From the NCBI GenBank assembly GCA_951406725.2, contig OX597820.1, forward strand, positions 41,354,001-41,418,000: a DNA stretch of 64,000 bases. The letters are read 5' to 3'. This DNA is from Octopus vulgaris (taxonomy: Eukaryota). Of this stretch, positions 33,532-46,756 are shown piece after piece. How positions within the stretch are numbered: the stretch's first letter is position 1; the number at the start of each line of letters is the position of its first letter. A program made the position numbers and the translations under genes. The notes under the pieces are model-generated. The model was given only the letters and a program-made list of their open reading frames with translations. It ran no database searches and was not told where the DNA came from.

Positions 33532-34591
33532 CATACATTAATCTGCATATATACATATTCGCATACATTAATCTGCATATATATATATATATATATAGGT
33601 ATGGAGATATGATTATATGTGCCAGCAGGCCTACTCCAGTATACGCCCAATTGTTACTTTCACAATAACTACTATTGATCTCAAGCATCGATGAGGACTT
33701 TTGAAAAACTATTGACTTAGCCAAGTACATATTAGCTAGCTACTTACCCGAAGCATAATTTTCAAACCATTGCTGGTTCCGACGTTGGGGGTGTTTACGC
33801 ACATGCGCACACGCATATACTAACATATACATACACTGACATTCATTGAAACACACACACATACACATGTACACAGACACATAAATACACAGATACATAT
33901 GCATATGTATGTTGATAGGCATTTATACATAGATATGTGTGCATATGTATTATGTATTTAAGCACACACATACACAAAGATACACACACACAAACGCACA
34001 CACACATACATGTATACATATCTACGTATGTATACATAGTTTCTGTGTGTACCTGGGTATTATAAAGTGCGTCTATGTATGTATATGTGTATATGTATAT
34101 TAATATACAGTTATATATTTATGTCTATAGATACATATGTACATGCATAATTACAGATATATACACACGTATTGTAAATGCATATAATCTATGAATAGTG
34201 AATGGATAAAGAAACAATGCACGAATAAAATGTAATATTTATTACAAATTTATTCACAGTAACTTTTAAGTTTTACCAGTCGCGGGTTATTTAAATTGCC
34301 TGAAGAGGCCCTTACTCGCGAAACGTCGAAGAGCACGCAGACACACACACACACACACACACACGTACCCGCGCACACACACGTACACACGTACACACAC
34401 ACACACACACATACACACACACACACGCACACACACACACGCTCTTTCTTTCTCTCATTTCTTCTTTCCTTCCCTCTATCATTCTCTCTCCCTCTCTACA
34501 CATACCTACAAACACATTTACATAAAAATTACGCTTATATATATATATAAATATATATATATAAATATATATATATAAATATATATATATA

Positions 34592-34649
<58 letters not shown>

Positions 34650-35059
34650 TATATTAAATTAGAGATAAAACCACTATTAGGTAAATCAAACAATGAAAAA
34701 CTTAAGTCAATACATAAAATTAATTAATTTATATTATTTTAAATATATATCAAAATTATTAAAAGTTTAATAAAAGATAATATATATATATATATATATA
34801 TATATACTTACATGCATACGTGCATACATATATATATGTATATATGTTTTATATATACACACTTCTATTTATATTTATACATGCATATATACGTATATAC
34901 ATATATGTGTGTATGTGGGTGTGCACACACACAACACACACACATATATATACGTTTATTTATATATGCGTATTATGTATATACATAGATAGTTACACAT
35001 AGGCATATATATGTGGGGAGGGGGCATACATGCACGTAGCAGAAGAATAAGAATAAGAA

Positions 35060-35090
<31 letters not shown>

Positions 35091-35881
35091 AAGAAGAAGA
35101 AGAAGAAGAAGAAGAAGAAGAAGAAGAAGAAGAAGAAGAAGAAGAAGAAGAAGATGGTTGATGATGATGATGATGATGAGGAGGAGGAGGAGTTGATTTG
35201 ATTATACTATAAAAAATACAGCGTAATTTCTTGCGAAGTGGCTTCTATTGGAAGACTGGCTTTGATTAGAGGTCAATATGTCGCCTTCTAAGATAAGAAC
35301 AGCAAGTATAAAGAGGTGTGTTGGCAAAGAAAGAGAAGGCAATAGTACTAATACGATAGTAAACATAGCAATAATGGCAATAAATGTAAGAAACAAACAA
35401 AAAAAGAAAAGAAGACTAATGTGTTATGAATTAATGAAGATAAAGAATTTTTGTATTCGGTATTGTTATTGTAATAGTAATAATGATACCAAACAGGTAT
35501 GAAGAATATTAGATACTTCTGAAAATGTGAATTTTGGAAATTGCGTGATGTGAATGAAGCAGAACTGGAGATAGATGTCGGATGAATTGTTGGCGGATGA
35601 GGAGATATAGAATCCCCTTTCATTTGTACACAGTTACTTGAATTATAAATACATACGCCTAAGCGCCTGTATATCATTAGCTACAGTGATATAATACATA
35701 TATATACAATGTGTCATACAATACCTTCATAATTTGAAAAATTCGGAAAAAAAAAAATGTAACTCAGCAGAATTTATTGGAAAACTTAGGCAAACAAATA
35801 AAGTTTTATTAGACACATTAGAACACTTTCTCGCAGCACTTCTGGACGATAAATTTTAGAGAATAAACCTTTATATATTCT

Positions 35882-36248
35882 TTTCTACTCCAGGCACAAA
35901 ACCCGAAATTTTGGGGGAGGGGGCCAGTCGATTAGATCGAGTCCAGTACTCAACTGGTACATATTCAATCGACCCCGAAAGGATGAAAAGCAAAGTCGAC
36001 CTCGGCGGAATTTGAACTCAGAAGGTAAAAACAGGCGAAATACATATTTCTTTATTACCCACAAGGAGCTAAACATAGAGGGGACAAACAAGGACTGACA
36101 AAGTGCGTAACTGGTACTTAATTTATCGACCCCGAAAGGATGAAAGGCAAAGTCGACCTCGGCGGAATTTGAACTCAGACGTAGCGGCAGACGAAATACC
36201 GCTAAGCATTTCGCCCGGCGTACTAACGATTCTGCCAGCTCTCTGCCT
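35882..36248 (-). mobile_element. SINE family A, dimer
   Basis: Two cores with two different tails. Confidence 0.85.
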
Positions 36249-37004
36249 TTAAAATGTTGTAAATTAACTGATCACATACATATATATTTGTATATTTACT
36301 CATATAGTCGAATGTATATACATACAATCATTCATACACTCATAAATAAGGACATGTATAAGTAGCTTGACCTATAAGTGCAACGGTACTAAAACATATA
36401 CAGACACTACAGGTGCATCAAAATAGTACAACCAGGCGTCGATAATTTCAGTGGAAGATATGAGTGAAACATATGGACAAGATATATTTAAACAGTAAAG
36501 TCTCCAATCTTAGGTAGTTTTATCAGAGACCCTAATTTGTTATCTAGTTCTAGTTAGATCGTTATGACCATCCAATGATGTAAATATGTTTAGACATTTA
36601 GGGTTACCTATGCAGGTAAGTAAGTGGTATGCATTATCTGAATTATTTCAGAATTTGGTGTATGCATGTTGTAGTTCTCTCAGAGTGTTTGTTGAATGTT
36701 GGAATCTTAGTGTAAGGCATTTGAATGCTTTGTGATGTACAAAGGTTGAATCGCTTGATATGTTCTGAGTAAAGGTACACCTTTCACATTGTATTTCATC
36801 CTAGGTGGTGTTTATAACATAGATTTTCGATTCCCAGCTGTAGCTAGATATTGTCGAATCACGCGTCAGGTGTCAAAGTGATGGCAGAGCAACGTGAGAT
36901 GAATTCCTTTGCTCAAGATGATGCACCAACCGGTCTAGGAATTGAAAACACGATTGCTACAGCAATACCCTAGCCACTAAGCCATACACCCTCACACATA
37001 TATG

Positions 37005-37046
<42 letters not shown>

Positions 37047-37219
37047 AGATTGATTAATCAAAATATACCTGCGTTAAATAACAGCTCATAGTGTTAGAAG
37101 TGTATATTTGATTACCTTTGATTCTTTTTGAAAATTATATACCGTTATATATTGACGAGATCTTACTAATTTTAAGAGCAATTTTCTAATCTCGATAAAG
37201 ACCATGAAAGACCATGCAA

Positions 37220-37410
37220 GATGGTGAGCTGGCAGAATTGTTAGCACACCGGGCATTTCATCCGTCTTTACGATCTGCGTTCAAATTGTACCGGAGTCGA
37301 CTTTGCTTTTCATCATATCAATGTCGATAAAATAAGTACCAGTCGAGCACTGGGATCGATGTAATCGACGTACTCTTCCCCCAGATTACTGGCTTTATGC
37401 CAAAATCCGA
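37220..37410 (+). mobile_element. SINE family A, older copy
   Basis: ggtgagctggcagaattgttagcac...gtcgactttgcttttcatc...gtcgataaaataagtaccag. Confidence 0.8.
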
Positions 37411-37689
37411 AAGCTGTATAGCTGACTGGTGTTTCTGCACTACTCTAAGACATTTGCGAAAGTAAAAACAAAACAGTCCCACCTTACGTAAATGCATTTT
37501 TTTCTTTAAAATTATCGTTTCTGTTTTGTATATATACGGTAGTTTTAATACATGCATGAATGCTTGATGGTTGTCTCTCGTAGTCTGAGAAAGACTGTTC
37601 TGCAATTTCTTGCTGAACAAACTGCGCAAATAATTTTTTTCTTATAGTGATCAAAGGTATCCATCAAATCAACTTTGCACAGTGTACCA

Positions 37690-37835
37690 CACGTCAGGTG
37701 TCCAAGTGAGCACAGAACAACGTGTGAGATGATGTATTTTCCTCAAGAACACAACGTACCACACGGTCCAGGAATTGAAACCACGACCTGGCGATCATGA
37801 GTGCAATTCAATAAACACTGGGCCATGCAGCCTCA
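37690..37835 (-). mobile_element. Old tRNA-derived SINE head (further copies at ~36870-36995 and ~51000-51125)
   Basis: Minus strand tggcccagtg...ggtttcaattcctggacc...gttgtgttcttgagga; three diverged copies in the window. Confidence 0.6.
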
Positions 37836-38329
37836 CACACACACACACATACACACAGAACTATTGAGAAATTTATAGTTACTCTGTCATCCTGATTACG
37901 CGTTCAGGTAATTATTGAGGCACTAATATATGTAACATATTGCCTAATCTTGAGAAATTAGGCTTCTCAAAATCAGACAGGAGAAAGCTGACTTGGAGAC
38001 TACAGATCCAAACCACCACTGGAACTGTAAAAATTTGTAGAAGTTACCAGTAGTTTATGATTTAAGTATATATGCGCATGTCTTGACATGCAACTATATG
38101 CTTGAGAAAACACCCATAAAACAAAAAATACAAATCTGCACACATGCACTAACTGAAAATACTGCACATATACACATACATGCAAAAATACCCAGTTGAC
38201 ATTATTGAAATTTCAATGAAGGAACCTTGGCTCTAGATTAGAAACTGATTCTTTTTTCTATTGGCAAGAAATCTTGACACAAAACTGAACGACATACATA
38301 TATACATAATATTACGAGCAAATAAGTGC

Positions 38330-38665
38330 AGCCGTGGATGTATGGAAAGAAGCTTGCTTCAAAACCACATGGTTCCGAGTTCGCTCCCACTGCGTGGCAC
38401 CTTCGGCAAGTACCTTCTAGTATAGCCTCAGAACATCGAAAGCCTAGTAACTTGGTAGAGGGAGACTGAAACAAGTCCGTCGTGTGTGTGTGTGTGTGTC
38501 CGTAATTTAGCGATTCGGCAAAAGAGACCGATAGGATAGGTACTAGCCTTAAGGGGAAAAAATAGATAAATAAATACTGGGGTTAATTCGTTCGACTAAA
38601 ACTTTTCAAGGCGGTGTCTCACCATGGCTGCAGTCTAATGATTGAAACACGTACAAGATAAAAGA
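38330..38665 (+). mobile_element. SINE family B, diverged, ~120 bp from the NOL4 exon donor
   Basis: accacatggttccgagttcgctcccactgcgtggcacc...ttcggcaaaagagaccgatag. Confidence 0.8.
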
Positions 38666-38786
38666 TGCATACATACATACATACATACATACATACATAC
38701 ATGCATGCATATATACATATATACATGTGAGCAAATAAACATGTCCAGTATCGAAGTTAATGGAAAAGAGGATGAGTTCAACTTAC

Positions 38787-39260
38787 GTCGTCATGGTAAT
38801 AGTACCCTTTATTTCTCATGTGGTTTAGATATGTCTGGGTTATAGGCACGCTGAAGTCAATGATAGGTGGATCATCAGTGACCCGGATGTTCTTCATTTG
38901 TCCACTGTTGCCATTGCCGCCCACACCGGCCGTATTGGTTCCGATACTGCCGCCAATGCCTCCTCCAGCGACACCTCCGCCCCCGACGGAACCGGCAATA
39001 CTTCCTACACCAATTCCAGCATTGCCCACACCTCCAATTCCACCGACACCGGTAAAGTTGTAGGTGTTGCTGTTGTTGTTGCTACTGATGTTGGTGTTGT
39101 TAGTGTTGTTGCTGCTGCTGTTGTTATTGTTGTTGTTACTGCTGCTGCTGCTGTTGGTGTTATTTTCCCCAGTCAGATGCATTCGTTTTTGGCAATCAGA
39201 ACAGGACATAAGAAATCTGGTGACGGCTTCTCGCGGTAGGAATGCATACGTTTCTGCGAT
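38787..39260 (-). CDS. NOL4: Internal coding exon of a nucleolar protein 4 (NOL4/NOL4L)-like gene, 158 codons, phase 0/0
   Basis: Minus strand: polypyrimidine tract and acceptor ttttcttttcgttttatctatgaacag|ATC (exon starts 39260); donor GAC|gtaagt (exon ends 38787). Translation: IAETYAFLPREAVTRFLMSCSDCQKRMHL...IDFSVPITQTYLNHMRNKGYYYHDD. This matches the recalled vertebrate NOL4 blocks YAFLPREAVTRFLMSCSECQKRMHL and IDYNMPITMAYMKHMK. Confidence 0.93.
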
Positions 39261-40175
39261 CTGTTCATAGATAAAACGAAAAGAAAAAATTTAATATGGT
39301 TTTATAATAAATATAGAAATTTTAACCTACACGTCTTCAAGAAGGCAATAAAAATCTAATAAATTTGCAGTCATTTTTTGATTTTAGAAGCAAATACTAT
39401 AAAATACATCACCTTTTTAAAGTATATTTCTGAAAGTAAGAACAAAATGGGTTTTTTTGTTTTTTAAACTATCAACATAGCAAATTACGCAGACAGAGAA
39501 CTTTAAAATACGTCTTCCTTGCGCAAAACATGCATGTTATTTCCAGGGAAATACAATAATTGAAACTATAAAGCACCAACTGGAAATTGAAGCAAGATTT
39601 CAGAATTATTTGAGCAAGAAAATATCTTCCTTTCCAACAATCTCTGTCCCCCTTTTCTTCTCCCTTTCCTTATGTTAATATTCTTCGCTCTTTATTACCT
39701 TTTTATTCTCACTCCTGTGTTATTTCATATCTCATTTGGTTTCTCTCTTCTAATTCATACATTTATATCTTTCCTACTCTTGAACTGACTCTACCACTAT
39801 TTCTCCCGCCCGTTTTCACTATCTCCCCTCCAATACTCGTTCGTCTTTATCAACGCTTTCTCTCAAACTGTCTCCTTTTTTCATTTTAAATTTTTCTTCG
39901 TTTCTTATTCATTTTCAATTCCCCTCTCCGTGAAGCTTCTGCACAGTATGCCACTAAAAACCATTTTTGTTTTTTCGCTTTTTCCTTTTCCATTTCATCC
40001 TTGTACTTTGGAATTAATTAAACTACACTCTCGCCATAGCTTTTCTCCCAATACTCTCCCTCACTCTCCCTCTCTATAATGCTAATCTACCCTGTCACTT
40101 CCCACATCTCTACTTCATTGTTTTGTTCTTCCCTCCCTCACCATCTCTAGTTGTCGCAGTTCCTTTTCCTCCTCC

Positions 40176-40266
<91 letters not shown>

Positions 40267-40279
40267 CTCCGTCTAACTG

Positions 40280-40346
<67 letters not shown>

Positions 40347-40353
40347 GTCTGTA

Positions 40354-40439
<86 letters not shown>

Positions 40440-40980
40440 ACTGTCTGTCTGACTCTTAACACTCTTATTCTACCTTTTCTCTGCCAATACACCATGTTTT
40501 TTTCACACACACGTAGAGATATATTCATTCTCTTTAAACTTCAAAGGATTGCCTATCAACCTGGATTAGCTTAATCCTCTTTCAGGCCACAAAGAATGAA
40601 TGAGATTCTTGTTTAGTTAGCAAGACTCCCTACAAATAATATGATCCATATCTAACCCCTAAAACCATCTCTACACCCTACACATACATTTAGCAAATGA
40701 CCTTATCCTACTTCCGTCCTCTTTTACCATTGTTTTCCTATTTGGAACCATGTTTGTTTGGATTTACATTATTTTGTTTTTGTTGCCTGTCAGAGCGAAC
40801 GATGAGAAACAGCATGACAGAATGACTTGCAGACAATGACAAACACCCTCCCCCACGCACATTTGTACACACACGCTTGTATACGAGCGCATATACCGAT
40901 ATAGAAATATAGAGATATATACATAAATGCACAAAAATACATTTACACAAACACATGTACATTCATATACATATATACCT

Positions 40981-41210
40981 ATTTCTTTACTACCCACAAG
41001 GGGCTAAACACAGAGGTAACAAACAAGGACAGACAAACAGATTAAGTCGATTACATCAACCCCAGTGCGTAACTGGTACTTAATTTATCGACCCCGAAAG
41101 GATGAAAGGCAAAGTCGACCTCGGCGGAATTTGAACTCAGAACGTAGCGATAGACGAAATACGGCTACGCATTTCGCAAGGCGTGCTAACGTTTCTGCCA
41201 GCCCACCGCC
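40981..41210 (-). mobile_element. SINE family A, monomer
   Basis: Full-length reverse complement of the 31670-31900 copy. Confidence 0.9.
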
Positions 41211-41410
41211 TATATATACATATATATATATACCTAATCAGCAATACCTCGAATAGCGAAGTTAATGAGTTCCACTAATTTTTTTTTTCACGTTGCTACT
41301 GGAAACTAGTGTAGGTAATACAAAGGGTTTTTTTGGGGGGTTTTATTATCTACATAACTTCATTGAATTATTTCAGTCTTTTGCTATCGGTTCGCAAGAT
41401 TCTTGATGTG

Positions 41411-41871
41411 AATTCATGTGGAAACAATGTTGTGCCTTGGGAGCGTCATTACGCCAATGACAATAACACACGCACACAGGTTCAATTCCACTTCTTTATT
41501 GTTAGTGAAATGGTTGAATAGCTAACCAACATCGATTGTTTGTTTAACGTGTCGGTTAAACAATCAATTGGTTATTTGTTTATCCGTCAAAGTTCTTTCG
41601 TTGCTATTTGTAACCGTTTTAGTGACCCGTGATTCCCTACTCGCTCCTAGCACTGAAAATGCTACGAACAGCAAAGAAAGAACTTTGACGGACAAACAAC
41701 CGATTGATTGCTTAACCAACACGTTAAACAAATGATCAATTAGTTGGTTGGTTACATGTTTAACTAAATGTCTAATAACAAAGAAATGGAATTAAACCTA
41801 TGGGTGTGATATTATAATTATTGGCGGAACAACTCTCCCAAGACAACAAAATTTGCTTCATTATTAGAATT
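41411..41871. mobile_element. Foldback/MITE-like long imperfect palindrome
   Basis: Arms pair throughout, e.g. ccgtcaaagttctttc/gaaagaactttgacgg, tgtttaacgtgtcggttaa/ttaaccaacacgttaaaca, aattccacttctttattgttag/ctaataacaaagaaatggaatt, cttgggag/ctcccaag. Centre ~41630. Confidence 0.8.
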
Positions 41872-42099
41872 ATACACCTATTTAAACAGTTGTAAGCTTA
41901 AAATGATCCTGCCTATATATCATATATAAAAAAAAGTTATTTGAACAAAATTATATATAATTCAAATCAAGAAAATACACATCATTTTGCACTTTGCAAC
42001 AAGTCAAAAAAATACTAATTAATGTCAAAAATAAATCAGGTACTATTGATTCTATTAGATTGTAAGTTTTATGAAGAAGGCTTCAAATATTCTTTTTCT

Positions 42100-42465
42100 T
42101 TCCTACTGTATGCACCAGGCCCGAAATTTTGGGGGAGGGAGTCACACGATCAGATCCACCCCAATATGCAATTGGTACTTAATTTATCGATCCCGAAAGG
42201 ATGAAAGGCAAAGTCGACCTCGGCGGAATTTGAACTTAGAACGTAAAGACTGTCGAAATACCACTAAGCATTTCGCCCGGGGTGCTAACGTTTCTTGTTT
42301 CTTTATTGCCCACAAGGGACTAAACATAGAGGGGACAAACAAGGACAAACAAGGGAATTAAGTCGATTACATCGACCCCAGTGCGTAACTGGTACTTAAT
42401 TTATCGACCACGGAAGGATGAAAGGCAAAGTCGACCTCAGCGGAATTTGAACTCGGAACGTAAGA
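42100..42465 (-). mobile_element. SINE family A, dimer
   Basis: Two copies of ttatcga..c.gaa.ggatgaaaggcaaagtcgacctc.gcggaatttgaact. Confidence 0.85.
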
Positions 42466-42612
42466 GAGACATACATACTATCTTTATATATGTATATGTA
42501 TATGCATAAATACATACGGTCTCGCACACAGACGCATATATATGGAGATACACATGCATCTGTGTGTGTGTAAGTATGTATTTACACGTATATACATACA
42601 CACACAAGCACA

Positions 42613-42651
<39 letters not shown>

Positions 42652-43854
42652 ATTCACACACATATATATGGAGATACACATGCATCTCTGTGTGTAAGTA
42701 TGTATTTATACATATATACATACACACACACACAGAGGCACGCACGTACGCACACACTTATATATATGCAACACACAGTAAAATGTTAGTCTTACTCCCC
42801 ACCCCACAAAAAACACCCGAAACGTGACAGTCTTTTGTTAAGCCTAGGTAACAGTTGAAGTGGGGTTGAAAATCAATAACAAACAAGAATCTAGTCGAAT
42901 CTAGTGCCCTTGCGTGTGTGACGCTAAATGATAGAAAACGTTAATGAATTTATTTATTTATGCACGATAAGGCATAATATGAAAACGAAAAGTGAATGCA
43001 GTTTTCCTTAGAATTATCAATATCGCTGTCGTTGCAAATAGTGTGTTTTATATTGTATGCTTTACCTAACTCTCTGAACTATGTAAACATGAATTGCAAT
43101 TTTCAAGGGAGAGAACTTCTGTTTAGTTTATGAACGTTTATCTCCCTGGAAATATTTGTTAGTTGCATATTTAGGCTGGAATACAGGTTCTTGGTGTGCA
43201 TCTGAACTTCTTATATTCCTGGCAAATCTTGCTTAGTGGTCATATATATATATATGTTTTCTTTTATTCTTTGTTCTTGCCATATGCATATATAAGTGCT
43301 AAATATTTTTCCAATTGTTTGTTATACGAAAGTTTGTGTTGCAGAAACTAAGTAGAGACCCATCATGCAATTGTTTGCGACTGAATTAACTTTATTGCGA
43401 AACCGACAATATGCCTCACGTGTTTCCAAATCTAAAACTTATGGGGATTTGTCACACTATGTTACGTAATGAACGTTAATAACTGAACACTGAGAGATTC
43501 CGGGATGTAGTGGCTTACCTCTACGTCAAACCAGATCAAGTGAAAGTATATGAACAAAGGTTGATGACCGACCAGTAATTTGGGAAATATTTTGCAACTC
43601 ATTTTAGCAGTTCAAGCGAACAGGTAATGGAAACCGTAGTAAATTCAGTTGTCTCAACTGCATGCCAGCATTGGGAGTCTGAGAGTAGTCAAAGCAGTTT
43701 TAACAAAAACCATATCTTTATAATATTGAATCTTAAATCTATCATCTAGCTTTCCATCAGTCTCTTCCCTCTCTCTCCCATTCTCTCTCTCTCTCTATTT
43801 CTCTCTCTCTCTCTCTTTCTCTTCTCTCTTTCTCTTTCTCTCTCTCTTTCTCTT

Positions 43855-43935
<81 letters not shown>

Positions 43936-43950
43936 ATAAATAGATAGATA

Positions 43951-44380
43951 TGTTTCTTTATTAGCCACACAGGGCTGCACACAGACAGGACAAATTACAA
44001 GGTAGAGCTTTTCTTTTGGGGGTAAAAAAGGGGGTTTGGTTTTCGATCAAAAGGGATCGTAAAGGGAAAGAAAGAGGACAAAAAAGGGGGGAATAAAATA
44101 TTAAAAAAAGGGGGAAAGGAAAAAAAATTGATCAATAGGGATCGTTATCACAGAAATGTCAATATGAAGTGTAAAGGGGAGGACAGGTGAGGTTTACCCG
44201 TGGTAAGAAAAGCCTACGGAAAAGACCACGGTAACCTCGGTCAATGAAGTCACATGTTATATTTCTTTTTTTTTTTTTTGCAAATAAGCAACTCTCTGTA
44301 TTAATTTTTACGGTTCATAGAATCATAGTCAAGGTGGCTTCGTCATTCATACGTGCCATCCTTGCTACATTCACCCATCT
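43951..44380 (-). mobile_element. 5'-truncated Tx1-like LINE 3' end inserted in a (TATC)n/(GATA)n tract
   Basis: Minus-strand ORF remnant RWVNVARMARMNDEATLTMIL* (44380-44315), then a pyrimidine-rich 3' UTR ending gccctgtgtggctaataaagaaaca. (TAGA)n on both sides. The Tx1 assignment rests on a short C-terminal remnant. Confidence 0.6.
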
Positions 44381-44486
<106 letters not shown>

Positions 44487-45377
44487 TAGGTACAGATATA
44501 TATGACACGTATGTATGTATGTGAGAATATGAAAGGTTTTGACCAGAGCCGTAAGAAGGCATAAATTTCATATCAAATTATTTTTAGAATTAAAGATTAT
44601 TAATTACATTTTTGGGCATGTTTCTTTTGTTCACTAACTATGGCATAAGAAATTGTGTAGTGGACGAGGTCGAAAAGCGCATGAACGGCAATTTCCTCTT
44701 CGGACAAACACTCATTGACTTCTTTAATTTATCCTTGGAAAGAAAGTGTAATTGTGAAGAGACATTAGTTCTCCTCCAGTGAATTTTAGTGGTGGTGGTA
44801 GTGGTGGTGGTAGTGGTGGTGGTAGTGGTAGGGGAGGTGGTGTAAGTGGTGTAGGAGGAGGCAGTTGAGGAGATGGAAGAGTAGTAGTAGTAGTAGTATT
44901 AGTAGGAAGAGGAGGGTTTCTTGCAGTGAAACAAGAATCCGCTTATTGATGTGGGGAAGGAATAGTTGTTGATTAAATTAATTCAGGTTCTATTTTTCCC
45001 GATACCAGAAGAATAGGCCATCCAAACTTGGAGAGATTGAATCAGTTGATACCCAATTAAAAAAATTGAAAATTCACGCGTTACGGACAAACGTGTAAAT
45101 GAATATCTATGAAGAGAGAAACAAAAATACAGAGATAGAGTAAAGTGAAGCTTGTGATTGCGCAACTCCCTACGACATGACTTTAGTCTGTATATTGCTT
45201 ATATATGCATACCCCCAGTTATATATATATATATACTCTAAGTTATAGATATATTATTTAACTTAATTAATCATAGTTTGATCCTAAATTATGTATATTC
45301 TTAAATGCATATACAACGCACTTACAACTTTGCATACATGCATGCATGCATACATACATACATATATTTATACGTAT

Positions 45378-45409
<32 letters not shown>

Positions 45410-45552
45410 GGGAGCAGACGTGACTGCCTGGTAAGTTGCCTCTTAAACACCCGATTCCTGATTCAGTCTCACAATATAGCAACTTGAGCAAGTTATCGGG
45501 TCGACCAAAGCTTTGCGGGTGGAGGGGGTAAGCTGAAACTGAACGACACCCG

Positions 45553-45631
<79 letters not shown>

Positions 45632-45920
45632 TGAACGTGTGTGTGTGTATGTGTGTATGTGTGTGTACTTTTTCCCCAAAAGCCCTGCATGGCCAATAAA
45701 GAAATCTATATGTGTGTGTACTTGTGTCTCTCTTTATCCCTCATTACCGCCTGATATTCGCTGTTGGTCTGTTTATGTTCCCGTAACTTAGCGGTTTAGC
45801 AATACAGACTGATAGGATTAAAGAAAAACCAACAATAATTACTGAGGTCGATACGTTTGACCAAAATTCCTGAAAGCGGTGCCCCATTATGGCCACAGTT
45901 TAATGAAAAATTACAAGATA
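45410..45920 (+). mobile_element. SINE family B, diverged
   Basis: Head remnant, (TA)n/(TG)n, 3' domain cccgtaacttagcggtttagc. Contains a short LINE-tail-like piece gccctgcatggccaataaagaaa near 45680. Confidence 0.7.
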
Positions 45921-45922
45921 AA

Positions 45923-45959
<37 letters not shown>

Positions 45960-46367
45960 ATCCAAAGCTTAGAGGAACAGGTATCCCAGCTTTTCGAGGC
46001 CGTCTTCCATTGGTGAGATTGATGTGCTTGATGCCTGGTGGATGGAGAAGTAACAAAGGTCTAAATCTAATCCTTGCAATAAAGCAGACTCGAGTAAACA
46101 GCTAATAACTAGAGAAGGAATATTTGTAGGAGAAATAAAGGAAGAAATAAAAGAAGGCAGAAAATATTTAGTTATATATATTTCTGTGTCAGAAGAGAAT
46201 ACACTTCCTTGAATTGATATGACACGAGGGACAAACTAAGCGAACCCGGGCAAGTTTTAAACTTAATGTATAGGGCGACAAAAGTAGATAAGTAATTTGT
46301 TATTGATCACGTTTATTTCCATACATCTCACAATTAACAGAAAAATATAAGGAAAATAGATGAATGA

Positions 46368-46756
46368 TTTCAACTTTTTTCCACAAAGGCAATTACATCG
46401 ACCGCAGGGCGTAACTGGTACTTATTTAATCGACTGCAAAAGGATGAAAGGCAGAGTCGAAAGCATGGAAGGCAAATTCCTCAGCGGAATTTTAACTCAG
46501 AACATAAAGACAGACGAAATACCTATTTATTTACTACCCACAAGGGACTAAACACAGAGAGGACAAACAAGGACAGACAAACGGACTAAGTCGATTATAT
46601 CGACTCCAGTGCGTAACTGGTACTTATTTAATCGACCCCGATAGGATGAAAGGCAAACTCGACCCCGGCGGAATTTGAACTCAGTACGTAACGGCAGACG
46701 AAATGCCGCAAAGCATTTCGCCCGGCGTGCTAACGTTTCTGCCAGCTCGCAGCCTC
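46368..46756 (-). mobile_element. SINE family A, dimer
   Basis: Two reverse-complement cores. ~21-bp TSD ataaggaaaatagatgaatga 46347-46367 / ataacgaaaataaatcaatga 46757-46777. Confidence 0.85.

Noticed and set aside
38818-39270. Plus-strand Pro-rich and Leu-rich ORFs
   Set aside because: Antisense shadows of the Gly/Asn-rich NOL4 exon.
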